This document shows, piece by piece, positions 1-12,200 of a DNA stretch of 64,000 bases. The DNA is from Phoronis australis. Lineage: Eukaryota > Animalia > Phoronida. Numbering within the stretch: the stretch's first letter is position 1; the number at the start of each line of letters is the position of its first letter. The DNA is taken from the NCBI GenBank assembly GCA_002633005.1, contig NMRA01000033.1:401346-465345 (forward strand), in the 5' to 3' direction. The notes beneath the pieces were generated by a model. It saw only the letters and a list, made by a program, of their open reading frames with translations, was not told the DNA's origin and did not search any database. The translations under genes and the position numbers were made by a program.

Positions 1-399
1 AACTGATCAAAACAGGTTTTTAAAATGAAACCAGAAACGAATTTGTTAACTTCGACTTCAAGAATTATCCATGATCACAGACAGCACTGCCACTTAGTCA
101 ACTGATGACAAAACGGTAACTCCGGTGTAAACTAATAATGAATTTCAATTCATATACAAAGCTTAATGGATCAATAACTTGAAAAACAATACACAGTTAA
201 TGAAAACTCTCGCATCTAGGCAGTCCTTTGCCAGAATTAAATAAAGAGAAAGTGAACATACCAGAACATGCAATATGTGGATAAAAACATTGCCCGGTAT
301 GTGAGACAATGCTCACTAGATGGTGCTAATGTAGAATTCACACATTCACTTGGGTATCGAAAGACAAAGCGGAAAAATTCCAAGACATATATTTTCTAT

Positions 400-565
400 T
401 CAAAACTCAGTACAGGACCAACAAAACTCAGAAACAGAATCTATCATGCCAGGACCTTTAGTTTATCAGTTAGGACCAAAATAAAACCGTCAGGACCAAA
501 GATTTTTCACGCCAGGACCGAAAACTCAGTCACACTAAGGACCCAAAGTTTTCATGCCAGGAGCC
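400..565. repeat. Degenerate ~22-bp tandem array with CAGGACC core
   Basis: About 7 units of (atca)ygccaggacc(aaaattt). The same motif forms an array at 35665-35812. Confidence 0.65.
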
Positions 566-3389
566 ATCCATTATCCGACAATGACAATCTGGTGTGACTC
601 AGCCATATTCAGGTCTATTGCGTCCAAGTGCACATTGGCCTCAGTTGTAAAGTGACTGGAAGAGACAACAGAAACTCAAACTCATTGTTACGATAACATG
701 ACCGTCGACGAGAAATTGTTGAATGCTTAGCCCTTGTGTACCTCAGTAACAACTTGAGGGCTAAATGCGTGTAGACGGTCACATGGTCTCCTGGCATGAA
801 AATTTTCTGGCATGAGCCAATGTAAAAAACTAAAACTGCCACTAGGGGGCAGAGTGGTACTTGAATCGGTCTGAAACTTGTGGTCATCTGACGTCAGCCG
901 CATAGAAACACACCCATAACGCTAAAATGATCGTGATAGAATATCAGGGGTTACCGGGACTATAAACTTGACGTCACGCTTTTATCAGCAATTTCAATAC
1001 CCACTCGGCTGTGGGGGCAATAAATATGATACTTACGCTTGGTCTGGCAATGGAACTATTTTTAAGTGAATGGTGAGACGCCTTACATCAACGCAACATT
1101 CATATATGAAACTGTTTTCGTCAGCCTTAAGTTTATACTAGTACAGCACTTTTTCGAAAAGTCTCAGTTTAGTCAACCCAATACATACAGAATAAGAAGG
1201 TTCAGGAAAAGCACAATCGTGTCGCATTAAAACGTACCTGTCATTTATAACGTTTGATCGCTCCAGTATACTCTTTCTGCAATTCATTTTTAACGAACAC
1301 GGACAGAGAAATTCAAACACATGCGTGTTTGTGGATGGTACAACCACCAAATAACTATGTTGCGGTCAAACGGCCGTTCAGTATTGATACTAATATGGTG
1401 GTCTTCAAAAGTTCACGACAATTCTCGTGGAAAACAGATGGAATTTTGAAGCAAAAACTTTCAGTAAATTTTCAACAACTTTCAGTGTCATTTTTAGTCC
1501 AACTTCCTTCCGGATTTTCACAGTGACTTCTGACAAAAATCGTCAACTCTTGAAATTAACATCATTTTCAGCGCTTTTCATCGGTATTTTCGCTTTACGA
1601 CAACAATATATGTGCTTTAACATGGTCATCTGTCGCTCTCATTTTGAAACAGCAAAAAACGACGAAACTTTACAGCTCACACGTGCTCACGACACAGACG
1701 AGACCGAATTACTCAGAATACTGTGGCACTGCGCAAATTAGACCATTGCGGATTCATAAATTTGCGAAATTTGTTACTTTCTCAGGAATTTTAGCTCAGG
1801 TTTACTGATATTCCATGCCAGTTTCTGTGTACTTACTTTAAAATTAAAAGTGTAAATTAAATTGTTAATGAATATAAAATTCAAAACAAAGGAAACCGCT
1901 TGACCGTGTAGTAATACTAAAAGTTACTTCAAACTCGGCTGATCTGATCGAAGCGACCTCTGCTAAAACTTCACCAATATTTACGGAGAGAGCACTTACG
2001 GAGATCAAAATTTCATGAAGATTTTGAATCTTTTATTAGTTTAAATCCATCAGAAGAGCGAACTGAAAGTGAAAACAAACCTGTTGTTTCATTAGGCAAC
2101 TCTTATCTTAACGCCATCATCTAATGTGTATTAGCGTGAAATCTCATGTAACCTGCCAAATAAAGGCATCTCAGGTTTACTCAGAATTTAGACCAACTTG
2201 AAAATGAGGGTAGGATCTTCGGGCCGGTCTATCACGACCAAAACACATTATGCAATTATAAAGATCCTTCAATGGGTTTAGGAGATTTAGCTGCAGACAC
2301 CGGACGCACTGACAGAGATGATAGTATGCACCCACATGTAAATAAGTGGGCAAATAATGAATGTTCTAATGTTTTAAACCTTGCATAGAAAATATGTCCT
2401 GGACTTTTTCCGCTTTGGCTTTCCATACTTAGGAGAAACCATTTAGTTTTACACCTTAAAGCTGAAACTATGGCTGTGTGCAGACCACTAAACCTGGTAA
2501 TAGGTCCTTCCCCATGGTTATTATCAATTTTAGCCCTTTTTCATATCCATGCATGAAAAGAATCCTAGGCTGACACTCTAACCGGTTGAGATAGGGCAAC
2601 TTACACCAGATTGCGTACCTCGAAATTAGCCGGCCTTGATCAAAGACACCATGCTGTTGTAGTTGATTATATTGCCTCAGGCTGCTGTTCTTTAGATAAT
2701 CAGACCCATCATAAACATATTGGGGCGACAATAGTATTTTTGAAAGTTTTACATAGGATATTTGAGTAGTTCGTGAAAAGTACCCAGGGTTAGGTTTTAG
2801 AATTATGAAAATCAGTCAAGAAATGCGACTAACAACATAAACTTTTGTATTATCTTGCCATATTATGGTCCTCAATAATTCTACGGGGTGTGCAACATAC
2901 CGTAATTGGGCCAATTAACAAACACCAGGCAGAGTTGGATTTTGATGTATGCAAAGTTTCATCATACAATTCTTGGCATGGTTAAAGATGCTGCAACTCC
3001 AGTTCGTGGTTTTAGTCGCTGGTCGTCAGTCTGTTCGCTTTCCAATAGGGTCGCCCCGGATAACAGGTGCTAGAGGTAAGAAACCGCCTCGTTTTCATTG
3101 TCCCAGTGAGTTTGAAGTATTGGGAGATTAGTCATTTCTTAAGTAAATTAGGACATTTTGGATGTTTAATGCACTAATTTCAAGACTTAACACAAAAACT
3201 CTTCACAGTATGGACATGGACTTTCGAACACCTACGTGAATTTTTGGTCGTTGAAAACACCGTGAGACATTGTCTTTCATGGGAATCTCGGGAACAATTG
3301 GTGGTGGGGAATCACTAGGTTCAAACACATGAGACTGGGCACTGTGGAATCCCCAAGGCATCCTAGATCTACTACTGTCTAACACTAAA

Positions 3390-3825
3390 GGTTATGTAGG
3401 GTCCATATAAAACTTCCAAATATGACTAACTTTGGGATATCATGTCTCAGAAAAGGTTGTTTGGATTCTTATGAAACTTTGAGTATACATTGTTCTCCAA
3501 TGATTTTTTTAATATTCCATTTTTACATGGGCTATTTACAAAAAGAACTCATGACTTGAAAAAAAAAGTTGTATAAAATGAAAACAAAATGACAATTAAA
3601 AAAAAAACGTCAGCATTTTTAACTTTGAGATTGATACCAAACGAAATTCGGTCATGTTGTTGGCACGGTTGTTCTGATATGCAACTTTCCTTTTTTGTTA
3701 GATTACTTTAACGAAATGGTCAGCTTTCTACTTTCAGAAAATATATACTTTTACCATGTTAAAATCAATACTAATTATGTAGATATTTGCCTAAATGCAG
3801 ATTTTGGATAAGGTCCTACATAAAC
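3390..3825. mobile_element. Kolobok-like MITE
   Basis: Terminal inverted repeats GGTTATGTAGGGTCC ... GGTCCTACATAAAC, flanked by TAAA/TTAA. No coding capacity. Confidence 0.55.
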
Positions 3826-4819
3826 TTAAGTGAGCAAAAGTAGAAATAGATGATGGATAGGTTAAATTAGCTGACATGACACAGTGATTTCTAAAGGTTA
3901 GATGGAAAAGCTGTTCCAGAAAAGTCAATGAATTCGATTACTGCAACAGAATATGTCATTCTCTGGAGGCCACGATCACAACAACACATCAGAGCTTTAT
4001 TTTTAAGCCTGGAAAGAGATTATAAACGTAGCTTCATTTAACTGACAAATCATTTTTTATGAGTGACAAATCATTTTTATACTAGTGACAAATCAATCAG
4101 TCCATAGTTCACAGAATGCACCATTAATAGGCAAACATAAGGGTAGACACTACATACAACTCATGTCATATTAATTGAAATCCAATAGCATGGATATCCT
4201 TCACTGAGTCTAATCATTCACAACTGCAACGCGAGACCACGTAAAACAGACACAAAATGGTACAAACTACAAAGGTTTAAAACCAATCTGTGATCATCGA
4301 TCATAACTCCTCTAACTCATATAATAGTAGCTACTCGTGCTTAAGCACGGGTAGCAGCTAGTGTATGGGAAATGCCGAGGGGAAATAGCTACACCTTCAA
4401 GTGAACATCAGTGTTCATCGCAAGAGACAGGAAAATTTCTTGAAGAGACCGCATTATTTTAAAGCTTCAATCAGAATTTCTGTCAGATTTAGGCAGGGTG
4501 TGCGGCAGCCGGTCTTTCCCCAGGCAGTCAAAATAGTTCTCCTTTCCAGAACATTTGACCCTGACGTAACATAATAAACAATAATCTGCTATTTTTTTAA
4601 GTGAAAACTCAGTAAGGAAGCATTTAAAAATACTAACATTGCACACAAAGTATATAATGTACTAAGTCACATCATGTACATACCCGGGTACTGATGAAGC
4701 ACGCCAGCTAGCTGTCAACTTTAACACCTGAAGTAGCTGTTTGTCGAGATCTTTTAAGCACAGAAACTTCACACAAATCGGGCAGCTCAGCTCGTCAACT
4801 CGTCATGAAACTTATATCA

Positions 4820-4975
4820 ACATGTAGAGCTAACGATCAGCGGGGCTGCATGCACAATCTGGGAATCAACACTCACCGTGCTTGTTACAGCCGTTTAAGT
4901 GAAAAAAATCTAATAAACGTCATTTTTTCGTGATTCACCACCTTTGGTAACAAAGAAAAGTCTGTCATCGTTTTC
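4820..4975. repeat. Interspersed repeat segment (inverted copy at ~16910-17045)
   Basis: The reverse complement aligns with 16910-17045 (GACAGACTTTT..TTTCACTTAAACGGCTG..GGTGAGTG..CGTTAGCTCT). Confidence 0.7.
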
Positions 4976-5317
4976 AAAACAATGCGTTCATGACGCGCGC
5001 AGGCACGCCATTTGCAACTGAACGTTTGCGATATCTCTCGAGACAGATGATGACTGCTTCGCAGCAAATTGGGTTTTCTGGTATTAAAATGCTAAAAACT
5101 TGTAATGAAATGCAACCAGTTCTGATTGTTATGACAAGTACGCAACCTAGTGGAAGAGAAAAACAGTTGATTGAAGAATCGGGAAAATTGGCCAATAGGT
5201 AATGCAATATTTCATGGCGTTGAAGCTGAACCAAAAGAGCGCACAGCAATTTTAGCAGCAAAATAACTATAGAACGCTAATTTTTCTCAACATCGGTAAA
5301 TAAGTTAATTTACTTAC

Positions 5318-5573
5318 GGAAGAGTTTGGATTTTAATGACATTATTAATTTTGGAGAGGATAGGCCCCAAGAAGTACATACATGACGACGAAATCTGGAG
5401 GGAGTGAAATTAAGCCAACGGACTGACGTCACCAAGGCCAGTATGAAACTGGGCACCCTCTCTCTGCGTCTGCGAAAAAACGGCCCGCAATAAAAAATTG
5501 AACACCTCGAATCTAAACAGATACCCGTTACACTACCTGGAACTAAGACAGTGCTGAAACGGGTAAGGAAGGT
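5318..5573 (-). other. Candidate exon (alternative 5' exon of PDE1?)
   Basis: Strong acceptor ctctgtcccccttgcttctctacAG and donor C|GTAAGTA. Open in phase 0 for 85 codons. An internal ataATG at 5342 gives MSLKSKLF with a phase-1 end. No homology recognised. Confidence 0.4.
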
Positions 5574-6279
5574 CTGTAGAGAAGCAAGGGGGACAGAGTT
5601 TATGTGAGCTGTGCATTTAATAGAATAAATTATCGCCCACATTATGTAATGCAATACAACTCCCATTATATTTTAGAGGACATTCATAAGCAACACAAAG
5701 CCTTGAATGACCCCATGACTGCACAGTGACCAGCATGCTTTTAAGGGTGTTTATAAGTTCCATGTAATATCATTAGAATAATCTGGCCATTGAGATCAAA
5801 CCTGAAAATCAAATTAAGCCGATGTATCTAAGGGTTACATCACTCTGTGAAGGTTCATGACACAGCACCATGTATACCCCAACGCCAGACTGTGACTAAA
5901 CACATGCAAATCGATTCACAAATTAATGCTTGTGGCTTAGCCGCGATGCTACAGTAAACCTATTTGCTACTAATGCCTCTTACAATGCATCGATTTTAAA
6001 AATTCAATAACGGCTACTATTCAATTTTCAATTTTGAAAACAGTATACCTTGCTTAATGTTCGTTTTTTACTTTGAAACTTATATGCTAATCAGACATGT
6101 TGGTTCACAACTTCGATTATCTCATCTAACGTATTCAGTCAAGCAATTGAATAGCGACTGGCTCACTTTAATCCGTGACAATGCCATTAAGTATTCGATG
6201 CGCCGAGGACTTCACTCAGATACTCTGGGCTTAACAGTGCACTCTTTCTCGTCCACTTGCGTGCAAATGCTGATAGTGC

Positions 6280-7250
6280 AAGATTTGCCTAATGTACACG
6301 AAAATTTGTCAAATCAGTTTGACAATAACTCACAAAAGAGTAAAAAGGCCAACAGGTGGTACTATGGCAGTCGAATCAGTCCGATGACCAACTGGTGCCA
6401 GTATATTCTAGTAGTAGCCCTTGTGTCAAGTTTCATCAAAATCTATCAAGCTCAAATTTGACAGTTCATAAACAACAGACAAACAATATCTTATTACAAA
6501 CTAAAATAGACAACAGGGGGTGCTACAGTACTCAAATCCAATGAAAAATCCTCTACTGCCCATGCATACTCACCGCATACCTTTGAGTCAAGTTCCATCA
6601 AAATCTGGCCAGCTGTTTTCACAACTGACAGACATTAGGAAAATTCAACATCAAAATTAAATGGCCAATGGGGAATGCTACTGCAGTCAAATCCGTGTGA
6701 CAACTGATTGGAGCCAACCCATCCTCGTCATATAATATTCTCATTGTCAAGTTTTGTCAAATTCTGCCAAGACGTTTAAGACCGGAAAGAAATACTATGT
6801 CGAAAAGGAAAATGGCCAAAAGGGGATGCTACAGATGTCAAATCTGTCTGAAAATTGACTGGTACTCAGGCAGGTGGACAAGGAAACTCGTGTCAAAAAA
6901 CTTAACTGGCCAATAGGAGACTGTAGTGTAATCAACTCCATACAAAAAATGACTGGGGTTGGCGCATTCCCACCAAATACCTCTGTGTCAACTTTCAATA
7001 AAATTCTTATAGTTATTTTCCCAGATAATGATAGACAAAGAATTTCTTGTCAAAAGCTAAAATGGCCAACATGTAGAGCCAAGGTAGTCAAATTCGTCTA
7101 GAATCAACTGGTGTCAGAGTTCATCTTGATCTATCAAGTAATTTTGAGATGAACAACAAGAAAGCAAATGCAAATCCAAGGACAAATGGACATATTGCTG
7201 ACAGACAAGAATCTCAAGTGCAACCACGATATCTTGTATTGGCATGTAAA
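6280..7250. repeat. Diverged ~155-bp tandem array, probably inside a Helentron-associated (HINE-like) element
   Basis: Recurrent unit AAAATGGCCAAyAGGGG..CAAATC..TGTCAAGTTTCATCAAAATCT near 6345, 6505, 6660, 6811, 6906 and 7061. The classification is inferred. Confidence 0.6.
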
Positions 7251-7570
7251 AATTCCAGTCGTATCTACGAATAATCATATTTTTTATGAATTATGTTAAT
7301 TAGTTTATTCATGTTTTCAATTTTAAAAAGTGTACTTGTATAGGTATCATTGAAACAACAAAACTGAATCTTGAAGTGTATTGTTTTATCTATACAACCA
7401 AATACAACTCAATTTTTGTACACGTCAAGAAGCATTAACCACTAAACACACGCAAATCGACAGTCACACTGCAGGTACACATATTCTCAGGTCTTCATAT
7501 CAGCCACGCCATCCAGAGTGCAACCACCATCAATAAGACAATTTTAACAACTGCATTCATAACAACTTAC

Positions 7571-7655
7571 CGATTCTGTAGGAGGTCCCATCCAAAGTAA
7601 ATGTTGCGCTTTTGCACTTTTTGAATTTTTTGTGAAAGTCTGGGTTTTTAGCCAT
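7571..7655 (-). CDS. PDE1: First coding exon of Ca2+/calmodulin-dependent cyclic nucleotide phosphodiesterase 1 (PDE1C long-isoform-like N-terminus)
   Basis: Translates to MAKNPDFHKKFKKCKSATFTLDGTSYRI plus G, followed by donor GTAAGT. Start context is gatcATGG, with an in-frame TAA 13 codons upstream (7694-7692). It aligns without gaps to the vertebrate PDE1C N-terminus as I recall it, MTDAGNRKEGFKKCRSATFSIDGYSFTI. Too short to appear in the ORF track. Confidence 0.88.
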
Positions 7656-8129
7656 GATCGAGCTTACTTCAGTAGCCTTAAACAACCACTGTTACTTGTT
7701 ATTCCCAATATCAGGCACACATAAGTAATCCTTTAGCAGCTCTGAAGATGTACATCCATGAATCCTGTCTACTAGTCAGTGAATGTGACAAGAACGATAA
7801 TGACGATGAGTTATGGTCAATTGAGAAAAGCTGTCGGAGCCTACATGAGTTGGCTGCTGTTTACAAGCTGCACTTCATCCAGGTGAAAAATACTCCAATT
7901 GTTGGTGGTGCAACTGTGCAGCGGAACGCCCCCACAAAGTGGCCTGCACTGTAAAGCTGTTTTATACAGCCTTTCGACGGAATCTGAATCGTGAGCTTTC
8001 CTGCATTATCCAGCACAGAGCATGAGTTCAATCAAAGCCGTGTTAGGAACCTGACTGGCAATTTCCGATAGGCAGATTGCACTCGCGAGAATCTGAGTGT
8101 AATACACAATGGACACTCCCTTCCTCACC
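7656..8129 (-). other. Putative 5' UTR part of the PDE1 exon
   Basis: No repeat recognised upstream of the ATG. Possible acceptor cctcatttgctattatAG at 8131-8130. The boundary is uncertain. Confidence 0.35.
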
Positions 8130-8899
8130 CTATAATAGCAAATGAGGTGTGATATACCAAACACCTGAACATCCAATACCAGCAAACTAAGGACATCAGA
8201 GCATAAGGAGAAAAAAAAAACGACATTTGAAGTTTGAAGATCAGAAGACTGAAGCTATTGAGCAATACTTGTACTTACACCACAATTTTTATGCTATATT
8301 TGTCTGAATGATACCTGAACCACGCTAATACTCAATCACAGGTAGACCTAATAACATCGTCCAGAACACGACATCAGCCAATTAGAAATAATGGGAAGGC
8401 AAAGCATTAATAAATCACACAATTCAAGGAAGATCTGGTGCAAAATCATCAATATTCATGCGTATGGACCCAAGATAAATGTCAGCATTTGGACGACTGG
8501 TAAAAATTTCAATGCAATGCTTGTATAAAAATGTCTATATAAACATTTTGTTTCACTTTACAACCACAGACTCATAGGTTTCAAAAATCAAGCACATGCT
8601 CATTAGAAGAACAACAGAGTTCTTAATTTCGGAAATTAAAAATAATTGAACAAGAGAACATTTAACGCACTATTCTATTCCATTCTTCAGCTTGTTTTAT
8701 TATTCCATGAACTATGACATAATTCAACTGACTCCTTAGTTCTACTGGTACCTAGCAGATATTCTACCGAAAGTGACAGAGTCCTCAGATAAACCAATGG
8801 AACTTTGAATTACTTTGCCGTCAATGAGTTTCCATCACTGCATGCTAGTCTTCATTAAACGTGACAATTAAAAAAATAATTGCAGGCGGTCTGATACAC

Positions 8900-9106
8900 G
8901 TTGTACCAGACGTGCGCAGGCCTCGCATGTGGGCCCATTGCACTGATCACCTGAAAATATTGTTATGCTTTATTAATATGTGGTTAAAACCGAGCTGAGG
9001 AGCTACAAACCTGGCTCAAGGGTTTAACAGTGTGATATGGTGGGACATGAACCCACGACCTCGAGTAAAGAAAGCGGGCACTTATCAACCAGGCCACACT
9101 GCCTCC
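8900..9106 (-). mobile_element. tRNA-derived SINE (decayed)
   Basis: Minus strand reads GGAGGCAGTGTGGCCTGGTTG (A box) ... GGGTTCATGTCCC (B box) ... CCCTTGAGCCAGG (typical post-tRNA SINE motif). The 3' end is approximate. Confidence 0.65.
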
Positions 9107-10540
9107 TTTCTTAAACATGACAAACCCGACTCACATGTTCTCCCATAACAGGGCTCTAAATATTTATCAACAACTTCAATCACAGCTAGAAGCAGTAAGC
9201 AAAAAAACAAATCCTCACCACAGCCTACATGTTTACATTTAACAAGGCATTGTAAATCATGTCATAATTATGAATAAGATAATCCCCGGCTTACATCACT
9301 GCCAACTACTCACCTAAGTCATCATAAACTAATAATACATAGCCAAGTTGCTTGAGTGTAATGACACATTAAATGTGCTTTAAAACCAGTTGGTGAAGCA
9401 TCAATAAATTAAACCATAATTTATAGCTTACAGTGCCCAATTGAAGCTCTTTAACAGCTTTTGACCAGAAGCCAAGTGATAGGGATGTGTGCTCAAGTTA
9501 AAAAATGAGGTCAATAGTCTTTAAGTGGACTTGAAGATGAGCTGGTGTAAATTACGATGAATTACTAGCCATGTAATAGCCCTGACCAATTATCTACAGC
9601 ACTTTCATCAATCCTATTCCAACACGTTGAGTCATCTAGTCTCTAACGGCAGCTACAGACAAATAAATGCAATGCTCTGTTGTTTAAAAACAATATTCAA
9701 GATTCCTCAACGAAGGACACAAATTATGGAGAAAACTTATTTTTTTAACCAAAGTAATTGAGGAAAAAATTACATCTCAATGCCAGCATGGTTCGTACTA
9801 AAGACTGTTTGATAAAAGTTTAATCTTGCAACAATGTGGCTACACCACTGACAAAATAAATTCTTATTTTATGCAGTAATTTATGTTCAAAACTGAAGAA
9901 TCTTTACAGCAATATAACACCAATTTAGGACACATTATGGCCAACAAGTGAAATATTTTCATTTTTTCATGAACAACAAGTAGTACTAAATAAATGCCAT
10001 TTAAAGACTTATACCATGGCCACCACCAGAAAATGATTAGGAGAAATTGCGGGCATTCACAACAACATAAGAAGCATTTGAAAAATGAAAAGACCCCTTT
10101 GGAATTCTTTTTGTCTGAAATCGGTGAGATTTCACCATATTGAACACATATCCTCTAACCTCTTGACTGCAGTCAGCTAGTTTCCCTTCAAAATGCAAAA
10201 ACTAACTAAATTTGAAAAAGAAGCAATTTAATCAAACATCATAAAAGCCTGCTAGTTTTCCGTAACAGAACGGCTTCAGCTTTTTATTCAATACAGAATA
10301 ACATGATATATTTTCCACTACATTACGGTGTATAATTTGTCACCTTAGTACAAAATGTACAAACCAAGCAGAGGAGAAAGACAAAATTTGCAACTTTTAT
10401 TTCACTATGAAAAATGTGATGGATAACTCGCACTTTTCTGCAATGCAGAGCAAAACAGAAGATTTTCGTGCCTCAATAGAACAATTAATCCAGGGGAGAT
10501 AATCATCCTCTCCCACTGCCGCCAAGGGCGATGCCGTTAG

Positions 10541-10685
10541 AGGCCCTTTTATACTAAATTAACTCCAGTACAAGGAGCGTAGAAGCAAACTACGAAGTTT
10601 GCTGAACCGTTCGTACTAGGTTCATTAGTTAATAGACATCGAAATAAACGGCAGGGGATGCTGTTGTCATCGAAATAATTGTGAT
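10541..10685. mobile_element. Terminal fragment of PIF/Harbinger-like MITE family A
   Basis: Begins AGGCCCTTTTATAC after TAG. Aligns to the reverse complement of ~40060-40186. Confidence 0.65.
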
Positions 10686-12157
10686 ATTTATGGCCCCTGC
10701 AGACAACTTTGATGAGACTGCATTATTGACAGTTCGTACCTTGCCAAAGCATTGATGCTGTCTTTGCATATGCAATTTGTTTGCAAATCTATTAAGCTGC
10801 TTAGAAAACTAGTTTCAATGCTTCCAACTGCAACAAGCATAGGAAATCAAAAGGCCTGAAAATGGCCAATCAGGATTTGCCAAATACTGTAGATAAAGTT
10901 GCCTTGAATAACTTGCATACTTGACACATAAAAAGGATTTAAAGCACTGACAAGAGTAGTAATGAAAAGGAGTTACAATTTCATGAAATAAATGCACTTA
11001 TAAAAAATCCAGGAAGGTTGACTTTAATTACAAATAAATACAATAAAGAGAAAACATTATGTGACCAAAAATTTTAAGAATTTTTAAAACAGCAGGCTTT
11101 GTTAAAAGAATGTGTTAGTTAAACTATCAAGTAAAATTTAACCGGGTATGAGAATGTGAACGTTAATGACAATGAGAATCTTTCACCCGCCAACATCTGA
11201 AATCACCAAATTATTCTAAAGATGCAGTGGTTGTCAGTGAACAGTGCCACAAACTTACGTAAAAATTTAAGATACTTAGTAGAACAGCCAGCTTGTCTGC
11301 TAGACAATTTTTTAATTGACTTCAAGAAGGCTTTCAACCACAAAGACCCAATGCACAGTTTCTAACCAAATACACATAACACACAGGCACAGTTACCGGT
11401 ACAATTGCTTCTTTGTTCACTGATTTCTGCAAATCCTAGGATTAATCCTGCACTGTGCTGGAGCCCTTACAAGAGTGGCTGTTATGGCAACCCCATGCCT
11501 TCCTTTGGTTTGCCTGACTACTCTCACGCCTATGGCGTGATTTGGTCTCACGTGCAAAACAACTTCAAAGTATTCTATTGTATTTTTTAGAAATACTATG
11601 CTCTTCTCGTTAACTACATACGTCCCTAGTAGTAGTATAATACAAAGCACAAGGAGAACTACCTCCTAAGAAAACAATCGTGTTAATGAGGAAAAGACAC
11701 TGTTAATGAGAACGGCCATGAGAGAAGAATATTGTCTACATTAATCTCAAAGAGCCTAAAAATAATCTAAGACTTGACAAATTAAAACTAGGAGAATGAT
11801 TAGTAAGTGGCTTAATGCTGTTACCTCACAATATACACAAGCTCATCAAATAAACTTTGGATACCTTGTCTGGGCTCTAATTAGAAAGTCAATAGTTGCA
11901 ACCTTCTAATTGGATTCAGTAACATTAAAGCTGGCAAAGTTCAGTGCAATCTAGAGTCTATCCTACAAATGTGCTTTGCGTGCTCTGTCGCAAATATAGT
12001 CCCATTTAGACATTGACTTTTGAAACTGTTACTGACATGGCGTAAGGTTTACGCACATCCAACTTGGAAACGGTGGCATTAGGCGGAATTTGTGGGCAGG
12101 ACTGTGGAGTAGTCATGTACAAAGATGGAAATTAGTAGAGTCACAGTTCATTATTAC

Positions 12158-12200
12158 TGTTGTTGTTGTTGATTTTGTTGTTGTTGTTGTCAGTGTTGCA
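12158..12200. repeat. (GTT)n microsatellite
   Basis: Visible imperfect GTT run. Confidence 0.85.

Noticed and set aside
4877-5060. Minus-strand exon ending at G|GTGAGT (4877)
   Set aside because: The donor lies inside a repeat that recurs inverted at 16910-17045.
9030-9106. tRNA gene
   Set aside because: A/B boxes are present but there is no consistent cloverleaf, and the sequence continues into a SINE body. The same applies to 43611-43680.
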